A DNA stretch of 64,000 nt from Eledone cirrhosa (GCA_964016885.1 OZ024745.1:20336001-20400000); one strand, 5' to 3'. Counted from the first letter of the stretch, positions 30,386 to 43,685 are shown. Notes: generated by a model from the sequence alone, not told the origin. Made by a program: numbers and translations.

Positions 30386-30459
30386 TCCGGCTCAGAAATA
30401 TCCCTTTCTTTGAGCTATTTAATTGTAAAAGACTATTTGAGTTTATAACTCTATATATA

Positions 30460-30540
<81 letters not shown>

Positions 30541-30543
<3 letters not shown>

Positions 30544-30632
30544 ATAATAATAAATTTCAAGACTAAAATCCAAAGAGGGCTCGATAAGGTGAAAGCACCG
30601 ATTCTTTGCTTAAACTTTAATCTGTTATTTTA

Positions 30633-30635
<3 letters not shown>
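30541..30635. mobile_element. PLE-derived mini-insertion (family F3), inverted/deleted, in (TA)n
   Basis: Left part is the reverse complement of ~36025-36073; right part matches ~35936-35982 forward; joined at AAGG. Confidence 0.7.
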
Positions 30636-30700
<65 letters not shown>

Positions 30701-30703
<3 letters not shown>

Positions 30704-30881
30704 ATAGGAGTCAGAACCCCAACGGCAGAGCTCAAGCCGTTTCGACAGCTATTTCAGTCCAGAAATAGCTGTCGAAACGGCTTGAGCTCTGCCGTCGGGG
30801 TTCTGACTCTTTTCCTATTACCCAAAATATCGAGTACTCTGGTGTGTTATGGTCCACCTGGTTCCTTACCACACTTCCTTC

Positions 30882-30886
<5 letters not shown>
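30701..30886. mobile_element. Palindromic mini-insertion (family F1) with the 3' half of a hammerhead, in (TA)n
   Basis: Arms 30701-30755 and 30762-30816; GAAA-CGGC...GCCG-TC; 70-nt tail on the right arm only. Confidence 0.75.
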
Positions 30887-30942
<56 letters not shown>

Positions 30943-31215
30943 GAAATATGACAGAAACGTTTAGATTTGACTGGAATTTTCCAAGCCTCTTCTCGCTCCT
31001 AACATACTTAAATAAGACAAATATTAAACAGTAAGTCGTAAATTCATCATTTAGGGTGGATAAGGGAAAGAGGTGGTAGGGGGGGGGGGGGGGAGAGGAA
31101 AAGGATGTTGTAGGAGAATGGGAAGAAGAAGATTATAAAGACCCACCATTCCTTACAGCTTTAGTCCTGTAGTGGTAATTATGCTCTCTCTCTCTCTCTC
31201 TCTCTCTCTCGCTCT

Positions 31216-31277
<62 letters not shown>

Positions 31278-31789
31278 AGAGGGTGCATATATATATATAT
31301 ATTGGAATTCTTTCTGATAAGCTATTTATATCTGCAACTATATATATATGCACGTACACACACACACACCAACACACATACCCACCCTCTCAAACATACA
31401 CACACACACACACACTCTCTCTCTCACATATATACGCGCACACGGAAACAAGGGTATGATTTATTAAATTTTAATTCCCTGAAGTTCCCTAATGAGTTTC
31501 CTTCTATTGATTAGTTTATAAAATAATAAATGTTCTATGTCGACATTGTATTGACGTTTCAAATGTCACTGACCTTATCATCACAATGATACGTGTTTCT
31601 ACGTCCGCCATTAATTATTTCAAATCTTTAGTTATAAACTGGGAGATGGCAAAATCAGTAATGGCCCAAAGAAAATACCTTTTCGTGTGTTACTGCTACC
31701 TTTACATTCTGGGATCAAATCTAAGCTTTGCATATAAGTCTTGCAGAAACGGTAGAATTTACAAGCCAAGTATTGGTATGGACCTGTAA

Positions 31790-32115
31790 CTACTGATTGA
31801 GTCGTAGGGGTGCCATATTGACATAAAGCGTTTCTTAAGGCATTTTTAAACCTGGCGGAGCCCATTTCCACCCCAGGCCAGAGTACAGCAACAGATATCT
31901 TCAGAGAATGCTAGAGAGTAAGAGAAAGGAAGTGAGAAAGAGATATAGAGAAAGAATCGACCTCAGTACTAGATTGGTACTTTTTTTTATCGACCTTGAA
32001 TGGCTGAAAGGCAAAGTTGACTTTGGAGGGATTTGAACTGAGAGAGCAGAGAGTCGAAACGAATACAGCAAAACATACTATCTGACGTTCTAACGACACT
32101 GTCAATTCACCGCCA
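31790..32115 (-). mobile_element. SINE family 2, alternative-tail subfamily
   Basis: Reverse complement aligns with 44487-44810. Confidence 0.8.
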
Positions 32116-32931
32116 AGTCAAGTATTGTGATCGATTTCATCAATTAAATGCGCCCCCCCCCCGCCAAATATGTGACATTCTCTTGTGCTTATATTAGAAA
32201 TGATTGTTGTTGTTTTTGTTGTTTAACTCTAGGTTTGCCATGGTCCAACTGATCTCTGATAAATCATGTTCCAGAGATGACCATTTTATCATATTTTCCC
32301 AACATATTACATTTACAACTACATTTTCTAGCTTGTCCTTGATCAAGATGGTGTGATTTGACGGTGATTGGGCTGCTATTTCTAGATCGAGCGGCCATTT
32401 TGAAACTTTTCTCCCTGTTGTTTTCTCTAGGTTTTAAACGATTTTTTTTTCCATTTTTTCTTTCCACCAAGTATATAACAAGTTCCACTAATATACATTT
32501 GAATAATAAAATAAAAAAAAACAACAGCAAAAAACACGGAAATGTTTGTTATATAATACTGTCTTTACATTTCAACAATGAGAGTATTTACTATCTCGAT
32601 TATGTCTCTGATATACTTCCATATTTACGATTCATGAGTGTAAATTTTCTGAGTGTTTACCTGGTGTGTTTAGTTTCCTCTACATTATTTATCAGTTTTT
32701 TTACTGTAATTTTTACTTTTAACTGATATAGCACTCAATACTTCAGATATTGATACTTTATAACAATGTCTGTTAAAATATTGCTATTACGTCTTTGTGT
32801 TTCATATAGGTGCCTTTACTTTGCCTATAACTAGTATTATCATTGACTTTCCCGTGAAACCGATATTATGTTTTATTTATTTATATAACCGAATAACTAA
32901 CACAATATAGTAAATTCCGAACAAGCCCTAA

Positions 32932-33144
32932 ATACACTTCTTATTTTAAATCACAAAAGTCTACACTTCTTATTTTAAATCACAAATGTCTACACTTCTT
33001 ATTTTAAATCACAAAAGTCTACACTTCTTATTTTAAATCACAAATGTCTACACTTCTTATTTTAAATCACAAAAGTCATTTTAAATCACAAATGTCTACA
33101 CTTCTTATTTTAAATCACAAAAGTCATTATTTTAAATCACAAAT
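32932..33144. repeat. 29-bp tandem repeat TCTACACTTCTTATTTTAAATCACAAA(A/T)G
   Basis: About 7 full or partial copies. Confidence 0.9.
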
Positions 33145-33259
33145 ATAATTTAAAGAAATGTTTAGCTTCAGTAGTTTCTGAAATAGGAAAGCAGTTCCTG
33201 AAGCGGAACAATGTTGAAATAAATAAACTGCACAGATCAGAAACAGTTGGATGTGTCGA

Positions 33260-33545
33260 AGTAGAAATTGTTGTAGTAGTATACACAAGGTATGGAAGAA
33301 GAAATGGTGGTGGTAGTATAGATAAGGTTTTGAAGAAGAAATGGTGGTAGTAGTATACACAAGGTGTGGAAGGAGAATGGTGGAAGTAGTATACACAAGG
33401 TGTAGAAGAAGAAATGGTGGTAGTAGTATACATAAAGTTTTGAAAAAGAAATGATGGTAGTTGTATACATAAGGTTTTGAAGAAGAAATTGGGGTGGTAG
33501 TATACACAAGGGATTGAAGAAGAAATGATGGTGGTGTTATACATA
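33260..33545. repeat. Degenerate ~33-36 bp repeat GAAGAAGAAATGGTGGTAGTAGTATACACAAGG
   Basis: About 8 diverged copies. Confidence 0.8.
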
Positions 33546-33571
33546 ATGTGTCAAAAAGGGCTAAATAAATA

Positions 33572-33790
33572 ACGGTTTCTGATTTAGGCACAAGGCCAAC
33601 AATTTTTTGGGAGGGGTAAGTCAATTAAATCGACCCCAGTGTATTACTGGTACTTTATTTTATCAACACCGTAGGGATAAAAGACAGAGCTATTTTCGGC
33701 GGGAGTTAAACTCAGAACATAAAGGGCCGTAACTAAATGCTGCAAAACATGTTATCCACGTTCTACCGGTTCTGCTAATCCATCACCTTT
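33572..33790 (-). mobile_element. SINE family 2
   Basis: GGCACAAGGCC...ATCGACCCCAG...GGTACTTTATTTTATC. Confidence 0.8.
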
Positions 33791-34363
33791 ATAATGTGAA
33801 TAAATAATAATTCAACACACTTTCGACAAAGTGAATCTATATCTGATTTGAGACTGAAAACAGAAGTGTTATTCTATTTTTCCCAGTTTCTCCCAGACCA
33901 GGTTTAGAGCTTCAACTAAAAATTACATATTAGCAATTTGTTCTTAAATGTCTCTAAGGCCTCCCAAAGACGATACTTAAGTTGTAAAATTGCTAGGAGG
34001 GGAATTTTACTGTTCGATAGGAAGTCAATATATTTCAAATGATCTACTATATATATTTCCCATATGACCTGGTTTATATATATTTCTCTGTTTCCCGAAC
34101 TAACATAGCGTAGAATAAACTGTTGAGTCTAGAAACCTAACGAAATGTCAGTGGATTTGAACTTATGGCGCTCAATCAGGGAATTGAAAACGTTATGCAT
34201 TCGGCCATTCGTTATGATCTTTAAATAGGTTAGTCTGTACGTTGATGTCTGCAGGAATAAAAAGCATTGTTAGAACAATAACGAATTGTTCTGGCTAGAC
34301 GAGTGTGAACGTGGTTTATAAAAGAAGCAGAAGTTGTTGTAGTTGGAATAGACTGAGAGTAAG

Positions 34364-34457
<94 letters not shown>

Positions 34458-34541
34458 GTGTGTGTGTAGAAAATATGCATAGGTGTAAAAATGGAAAAAG
34501 GATAACAGTGCTCAAATTGAAAGAGAGCTGATATATATGTG

Positions 34542-34578
<37 letters not shown>

Positions 34579-34581
<3 letters not shown>

Positions 34582-35086
34582 TTTGTTTGCAAGGTTTTTG
34601 ATATGAAATCGATTGTCGAAACAAATATTGTTATACTTGGGGAGGGTCATATTGTTGTAATAATATTGCCATAAATAATAACAGAACACACTCACTGTTT
34701 GGTTGGTTTTGGTTTTCGCTTCTGTATCTTTTATATCGGTTAATTTAATTTATTCGGTCCTCAATGTTGCCATTGTCTGACCAACGGTAAAAAATACAGA
34801 TACAATATAGACACAAACACATATATATAGTCTATCTATAGTCTGATAGACTATATATATGTGTTTGTGTCTATATTGTATCTGTATTTTTTACCGTTGG
34901 TCAGTCAATGGCAACATTGAGGACCGAATAAATTAAATTAACCGATATAAAAGATACAGAAGCGAAAACCAACCAAACAGTGAGTGTGTTATTAATTCTG
35001 GCAATATTACACAAATATGACCCTCCTCAAGTATAACAATATTTGTTTCGACACACGATTTCATATAAAAAAAACCTCGCAAAACT
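34579..35086. mobile_element. ~510-bp imperfect palindrome in (TA)n (family F4, probably PLE-derived)
   Basis: Arms ~34585-34836 and ~34845-35086; a related copy lies at 60127-60690. Confidence 0.7.
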
Positions 35087-35105
35087 ATATATATATATAT
35101 ATATA

Positions 35106-35302
35106 ACAAAGGAATTGTGGTAAGGAACCAGATGGACGATAACGCACCAGAGTACTCAATACTTAGGGTAGTAGAGTGGGAAATAGGAAAAAGTAAGACC
35201 CCGACGGCAGAGCTCAAGCCGTTTCGACGGCTATTTCTGGACTAGTCCAGAAATAGGCGTCGAAACGGCTTGAGCTCTGCCGTCGTGGTCTTACTTTTTC
35301 AT
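35106..35302. mobile_element. Palindromic mini-insertion (family F1), long tail on the left arm
   Basis: Centre TTTCTGGACTAGTCCAGAAA; GAAACGGC...GCCGTC; flanked by (TA)n. Confidence 0.75.
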
Positions 35303-35316
35303 ATATATATATATAT

Positions 35317-35389
35317 AACGAACGAAGTGTAAGGAACCAGGTGGACCATAACGCACCAGAGTACTCGATACTTTGGGTAGTAGAATGGG

Positions 35390-35393
<4 letters not shown>
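35317..35393 (-). mobile_element. F1 tail-only insertion in (TA)n
   Basis: GGAACCAGGTGGACCATAACGCACCAGAGTACTCGATAC is shared with the other F1 copies. Confidence 0.7.
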
Positions 35394-35451
<58 letters not shown>

Positions 35452-35799
35452 GGAAAAAAGCGCTACCTAAGTTTTCAAGGCTCAATATTGACCATATTTC
35501 CAGATTGTAAGAGGGATCAAAATTGTGAGCTAATCTTCAGGCATAAAAAAAAAGGGTCGTTTGAGCCTGAAGATTAGCTCACAATTTTGATCCCTCTTAC
35601 AATCGGCCGTAGAGGTGGACTTTGGCAGTTTCGAGCCCTACTCTACATGTATACCCTGAGTTGATCGATATTGAAACGATTGTAACATACCAATAAAGTT
35701 TATATATATGCTACAACAGTGACTTCCATCCTAATTACTTTTATTACTTTTATATAATATACGTATATTTACATAATATATATATATATATATATATAT

Positions 35800-36073
35800 T
35801 ATATTTGTTTGCCAGCGAACGTTACCACGAACCAAAGTATCGTCTTCCTGTCTTCCCCCGGTTGCAACGTTTTTTGAAATATCCAGTTCTGCGTTTAAAG
35901 ATTGACTTTGTTAGTTTCAGAAGATCCCGTTAAGGGTGAAAGCAGCGATTCTTTGCTTAAACTTTAATCTGTTAATTTAATAAATATTTGCTCTACGGTT
36001 CTTATATATTTGATATATATTTATCCTTATCGAGCCCTCTTTGGATTTTAGTCTTCAATTTTATTATTATTAC

Positions 36074-36075
<2 letters not shown>
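35800..36075 (+). mobile_element. PLE-like 3' terminal fragment (family F3) with degenerate hammerhead
   Basis: AGTTT-CAGAAGA-TCCCGTTAAGGGT-GAAA-GCAG...TTGC-TT-AAACT; (TA)n on both sides; related to 30541 and 43880. Confidence 0.6.
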
Positions 36076-36157
<82 letters not shown>

Positions 36158-36291
36158 TCCTAGGTTCAATCGAGAGCAACTACAGTAATTAAGGTACTCA
36201 ATACATTAACGAGAATATTATAACCAAGTAATGCCCTTAGCAAAGTACTCGATATCAAATATAATTTTTATTTCAGAGCGATATATACAGT

Positions 36292-36964
<673 letters not shown>

Positions 36965-37004
36965 GATATTAAACAAATGGAAACTATATTTATAAAACCA
37001 TATT

Positions 37005-37070
37005 TATTTCATTATATATATTTCAGGGATATCATATTAAAAATATGGTATGCCTTCCTCAGACAAAATA
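37005..37070 (-). ncRNA. Minimal type I hammerhead ribozyme
   Basis: Inverted copy of 40893-40958. Confidence 0.75.
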
Positions 37071-38545
37071 CAATATATAAACCGTTTTATAAATAAATTT
37101 GACATACCTTAAACAGTGCAACTTCCATTTAAAAAGTTGATTTGGTAGTGAGAATGTTAAGGACAGTTAGAAAGAAAGACGAAGAGAAAAAAGAAGAGAA
37201 GAAGAAAGAAAGTGTATAGTGCTAAGGACAGTTAGAGAAGAAGATGAAGAGATGTATGTAAAGAGAAACAACAGAGCGAGATAGAGAGAGAAAGAGATAT
37301 GGGAGAGAGAAATATATTGAGGAAGTGAAAAATGATAGGCAGCTTGGGGACAGATGATCAGCGTAACAAATGAGAGATTAAGGAGGGAAGGGGGTACTGT
37401 AATTATTTATTTATTTATTTAGTTAGTTATAGTGTTAAGGATACGGAGAGAAATAAAAATAACAATAAAATTAAAAATAAAGATAAATAAAGAGAGGTAG
37501 AGAGAGATATAGGTGGTGGGAGAAAAGAGGTAGATCGAGTAATATCTATCATACGAGGTGAGAGAGATACAGTTAAAACAGCCGATAGATAAATCCCGTC
37601 AAGTGTAGAGGAGAAAAAGAAAGAAAGATGATATATTTAAAATATTATGCTTCATCCATTTGAATTATCAATTCATATGAATTAGGTATTATAATGTAAA
37701 TATCAATATTCATGAATGAGATACATATCAATAATGTGTGAAAAAATGAAAAAAAAAAAAAAAAATAATGACCCCATGTTTAGTTTAAAAATTCTTAGGT
37801 TTATAAGCAAAATCTGAGATAAAACTTCAAAAATACTGAAATACATAAGTATATATGTATTTTCATGAAAAAGAAAAAGAGAAAAGAGAAGGTTATCTCA
37901 AATTCAAGTTGACAATTATAGACACACATGTGAATTTACGTGATCGGCTCTGTAAATTCATATTTTTCATGAAAAGCTTCATTGCGTTACAAAAGATTCC
38001 ACCATACATATATGTACATACATATATATATAGACATAAAATATACATTAATATTAGTAATAATATTCTTGCCCTCACTTACATGATTATCGTTCAAGCA
38101 TAGAATAGACAACAGATATCAATATATTAAAAACGCCAAGAATATCTTCGTCACTCCCCAGAGTATCTAGGGACGTAAGAAAACATAGTATGCCACGCAT
38201 ATCAATCACAGAAAACCACCCTTCCAATTTATTTGGCAATATATTGTCAAGTTCATTAGAAGCAATCAGAATCAAAAGCAAACAAAACCAAAATTATTCA
38301 ACAAAACTTATTTAGCAGAAATCATTCAAAAAAAAATTTATTCTACAAATGCTCTTATATTTATTATAGAAGTTTATCTAGCTTAAAAATTTATTCAATA
38401 GATTGGGAACATCACCATTTTAGGGTAGTTTAATTAATCTCATTAATTATATACTCATGCAGAAGGTTTAAAAAAAAAAGAATTGAAGGAATCGAAAGAT
38501 TTATCGGCAAGTTTCATAAATAGTTAAATATCTTAATTAAATATA

Positions 38546-39480
38546 CTACATTTTAAATTTATATTTATATTTAAACGTTGAGTTCAATCTATGTCTGCAG
38601 CAGCTGAATAAATTGGTCCGTAAATTAAGGGAATTTTTAGATTTTAGTATAAAGAATATCCCTTCCGCGCAGAGGTCACATGTCTCAGAAGAGGAATTAA
38701 AAGGAATCCCTTTTGAGACTATATTCCAAACCATCGAATATCCGACGTTATCATGTTTAAGTTGCCAGAGTAAGCCTGATAGTGATGTTGAAGATTTTTT
38801 ATTTGGATCCGTGAAAGAATTCTTGTGATTATTATAGCGGAGTTTAAATTCTGTCGAGGTGGAGCCAACATAATTAAAAGAATTTAAGTCAGTTTTAACA
38901 TTACAGTTGTATATTATATTTTTAACTAAGCAATTGTTATTTAGCGGACATTTAGATCTATCTCTACAGTTACAGTTGTTTACTTGAATATTGTTTAGGC
39001 TATTTTCGGTATTTTGGCTAGGTTTTAGATTCCTATTATTTATTCTATTAATATTTTGTGCTAAATATTTGGTGGACGAGTATGTTAATTTTATAGTATG
39101 TCTATTGAAAATTGAGTGATACTTATGTGTTCTAGGGAAGCGTTTGTCAAGAGCATTAAAAATAGTTTAGCGATGTGGGTTTTAATGTTTAGTGAGAAAG
39201 GGGGAGGGGGGCAAACCATATTATATTTCTAGTTCTATTTTGGAATTATTGTAATGCTTTCTATTATAGTTGTTAAAGTTGTTACCGTAATTAAAATTGT
39301 TGTTATTTTGGTTAGTTTGTCTATTATCGATGTACATAATTTTATCACTATATCCTGCTCTAGCTAACGCTTCATTGTAATACTGGGCTTTTTCGTCGAA
39401 AATATTTTTATTAGATGAGATTCTAGAGATACGTTTTTGAACAGAGTTCACTATAGTATTTTTGACAGAAGAGCCCTTCA
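38546..39480 (-). pseudogene. PLE RT thumb, Cys linker and GIY-YIG endonuclease, frameshifted
   Basis: RISRISSNKNIF...YNEAL...AGY; CNCRDRSKCPLNNNC-LVKNIIYNC...YVGSTSTEFKLRYNNH; CDLC...CCRH. Confidence 0.88.
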
Positions 39481-40892
39481 TTTTTTTTTAAAACCTTCTG
39501 CATGAGTATATAATTAATGAGATTAATTAAACTACCCTAAAATGGTGATGTTCCCAATCTATTGAATACATTTTTAAGCTAGATAAACTTCTATAATAAA
39601 TATAAGAGCATTTGTAGAATAAATTTTTTTTTTTTTGAATGATTTCTGCTAAATAAGTTTTGTTGAATAATTTTGGTTTTGTTTGCTTTTGATTCTGATT
39701 GCTTCTAATGAACTTGACAATATATTGCCAAATAAATTGGAAGGGTGGTTTTCTGTGATTGATATGCGTGGCATACTATGTTTTCTTACGTCCCTAGATA
39801 CTCTGGGGAGTGACGAAGATATTCTTGGCGTTTTTAATATATTGATATCTGTTGTCTATTCTATGCTTGAACGATAATCATGTAAGTGAGGGCAAGAATA
39901 TTATTATTAATATTAATGTACACTTTATGTCTATATGTATATGTATGTACATATATGTATGGTGGAATCTTTTGTAACGCAATGAAGCTTTTCATGAAAA
40001 ATATGAATTTACAGAGCCGATCACGTAAATTCACATGTGTGTCTATAATTGTCAACTTGAATTTGAGATAACCTTCTCTTTTCTCTTTTTCTTTTTCATG
40101 AAAATACATATATACTTATGTATTTCAGTATTTTTGAAGTTTTATCTCAGATTTTGCTTATAAACCTAAGAATTTTTAAACTAAGCATGGGGTCATTATT
40201 TATTTTTTTTTTTCCATTTTTTCACACATTATTGATATGTATCTCATTCATGAATATTGATATTTACATTATAATACCTAATTCATATGAATTGATAATT
40301 CAAATGGATGAAGCATAATATTTTAAATATATCATCTTTCTTTCTTTTTCTCCTCTACACTTGACGGGATTTATCTATCGGCTGTTTTAACTGTATCCCT
40401 CCCACCTCGTATGATAGATATTACTCGATCTACCTCTTTTCTCCCACCACCTATATCTCTCTCTACCTCTCTTTATTTATCTTTATTTTTAATTTTATTG
40501 TTATTTTTATTTCTCTCCGTATCCTTAACACTATAACTAACTAAATAAATAAATAAATAATTACAGTACCCCCTTCCCTCCTTAATCTCTCATTTGTTAC
40601 GCTGATCATCTGTCCCCAAGCTGCCTATCATTTTTCACTTCCTCAATATATTTCTCTCTCCCATATCTCTTTCTCTCTCTATCTCGCTCTGTTGTTTCTC
40701 TTTACATACATCTCTTCATCTTCTTCTCTAACTGTCCTTAGCACTATACACTTTCTTTCTTCTTCTCTTCTTTTTTCTCTTCGTCTTTCTTTCTAACTGT
40801 CTTTAACATTCTCACTACCAAATCAACTTTTTAAATGGAAGTTGCACTGTTTAAGGTATGTCAAATTTATTTATAAAACGGTTTATATATTG

Positions 40893-40958
40893 TATTTTGT
40901 CTGAGGAAGGCATACCATATTTTTAATATGATATCCCTGAAATATATATAATGAAATA
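40893..40958 (+). ncRNA. Minimal type I hammerhead ribozyme
   Basis: Stem I TATTTTGT/ATGAAATA, CTGAGGA, stem II AGG...CCT, GAAA, T-ATAT-A, TA; predicted cleavage after 40950. Confidence 0.75.
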
Positions 40959-41117
40959 AATATGGTTTTATAAATATAGTTTCCATTTGTTTAATATCGT
41001 AAACCTACTCCAAAACCTGTTGAGTGCTTTTATATCAGTTATAAAATATTTACTCGTTGTAACCCAACAATTTTAAATAAAACTTTTGCATATATATATA
41101 TATATATATATATAATT

Positions 41118-41242
41118 TTTAATATAGAAATGGCTTTTACGGGACTGAAACTGTTTCATTAATAATAAATCACCAGGAAAGCTCTGATGATTTCTTTTGA
41201 ATGAAACGGTTCTAGTCCTGTAGCAGCCATTTCTATATTAAA
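41118..41242 (+). mobile_element. Small inverted-repeat insertion containing a complete hammerhead core
   Basis: CTGATGA(41184)-TTTCTTTTGAAT-GAAA-CGG...CTG-TA; arms TTTAATATAGAAATGGCT / AGCCATTTCTATATTAAA; stem I is poor. Confidence 0.65.
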
Positions 41243-41252
41243 CATTATATTT

Positions 41253-41380
41253 CCAGCATAGTTACGTCCCTTTACGATCTGAGTTCAAATCCCGCCGAGG
41301 TTAACTTCCTTACGGGGTCGATAAAATAAAGTACCAGTAATGTACTGGTGAATTGCTGGCCTTGTGCCAAATGTAGAAAC

Positions 41381-41385
<5 letters not shown>
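41253..41385 (+). mobile_element. SINE family 2 fragment
   Basis: GAGTTCAAATCCCGCCGAGG...GGTCGATAAAATAAAGTACCAG. Confidence 0.8.
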
Positions 41386-41895
<510 letters not shown>

Positions 41896-42105
41896 TATAT
41901 TTATCTCTCTGAAATAAAAATTATATTTGATATTATCGAGTACTTTGCTAAGGGTATTACATGGTTATAATATTCTCGTCAAGTACCGGTCTTCTTATTA
42001 CTAATATCATTAAAGCCACCCACCGGAATTTAATTATTAATTACGAAAGGTAGATAACTCCCAACTGTATAGAATTTATAGATATGGGAAATGGTATTAT
42101 TGAGT

Positions 42106-42535
42106 TTTATAAATCAGCTGGCCCTATAAAGTTAGACTCCATTAGACTTTATAAATCAGCTGGCCCTATAAAGTTAGACTCCATTAGACTTTATAAATCA
42201 CCTGGCCCTATAAAGTTAGACTTCATTAGACTTTATAAATCAGCTGGCCCTATAAAGTTAGACTCCATTAGACTTTATAAATCAGCTGGCCCTATAAAGT
42301 TAGACTCCATTAGACTTTATAAATCAGCTGGCCCTATAAAGTTAGACTCCATTAGACTTTATAAATCAGCTGGCCCTATAAAGTTAGACTCCATTAGACT
42401 TTATAAATCAGCTGGCCCTATAAAGTTAGACTCTATTAGACTTTATAAATCAGCTGGCCCTATAAAGTTAAACTCCATAAGACTTTATAAATCAGCTGGC
42501 CCTATAAAGTTAGACTCCATTAGACTTTATAAATC
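42106..42535. repeat. 42-bp tandem repeat, ~10 copies
   Basis: TTTATAAATCAGCTGGCCCTATAAAGTTAGACTCCATTAGAC. Confidence 0.95.
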
Positions 42536-42637
42536 GTGGCAAAGACGGTGTATAGGCCCCCACCCAGCTATTTGCTGTAATTCTGACTGATTAAGTAAAA
42601 AAATGTATATATAGTTGAGTATATCTAGTATATATTG

Positions 42638-42935
42638 TGATTGCACGTGGCTCAGTTTTAAGGGTGTTTGGCACACGATCGCAACATTGAGTTCGATTCA
42701 GAAGGTGTTGTGTCCTTGAGCAATATATTTTATTTCACGTTGCTCCAGTCCGCTCAACTGTAATGCAATGAGTCAACCTTGTTACCGTGTCACACTGAAC
42801 TTCCCTCAGAAATACGTTAAGGGTTCACGTGACTGTGGAATGTACAGCGACAATTTACATGTTAATTTCTTGAACAAGCAGTCCTCTTGTTCAAACAACC
42901 GGAACACACGTCATCGACACCGACGGAAGCCCAAC
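42638..42935 (+). mobile_element. tRNA-derived SINE (CORE-like), different 3' tail
   Basis: GTGGCTCAG...GAGTTCGATTC...GTTGTGTCCTTGAGCAA. Confidence 0.65.
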
Positions 42936-43142
42936 ATCATATAGTGTAGAAATAAGTACATATTTCTGCTAGAAACGCGATTCATTACTCATGGAAATGA
43001 TATTTAATATTTAAGTTAGTCGATCATATCGATTCCTATACCCCCTTTTCAAAGCCCGACATATCGATCCCTTTTCAAAACCCGGCACTTAATTTATCGA
43101 GACATACACAAAAATACAGACATAAAAGTAACTACAGACAAA

Positions 43143-43213
<71 letters not shown>

Positions 43214-43230
43214 GTACACACACACACGCG

Positions 43231-43274
<44 letters not shown>

Positions 43275-43418
43275 CTCTCACTCTCTCTGTCTCTATGTCT
43301 CTCTCTCTTTCTCTCTCTCTCACTCTCTCTGTCTCTATGTCTCTCTCTCTTTCTCTCTCTCTCTCACACACACACACACACTTTCACACACGCACGTACA
43401 CACACACACACGCGCGCG

Positions 43419-43450
<32 letters not shown>

Positions 43451-43685
43451 CTCTCTCTCACTCTCTCTGTCTCTATGTCTCTCTCTCTTTCTCTCTCTCT
43501 CACTCTCCCTGTCTCTATGTCTCTCTCTCTTTCTCTCTCTCTCTCACACACACACACACTTTCACACACACACACACACACACACTCTCTCTTTCACACA
43601 TATACACAATACGCTTTCTGAAATGTCACTCCTTCACCACAGAACTATGCTTATATTTCTCTATATATGTATATTTTAATGTATA

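Noticed and set aside
37855-40109. Paired small ORFs (82, 61 and 64 aa)
   Set aside because: Chance ORFs duplicated by the inverted UTR arms
42084-42590. 168-aa ORF of YKSAGPIKLDSIRL repeats
   Set aside because: Fully explained by a near-identical 42-bp tandem repeat; no other coding evidence
43200-43590. ~180-bp duplicated block (similarly 50970/51280)
   Set aside because: Local tandem duplication of compound microsatellites; ordinary
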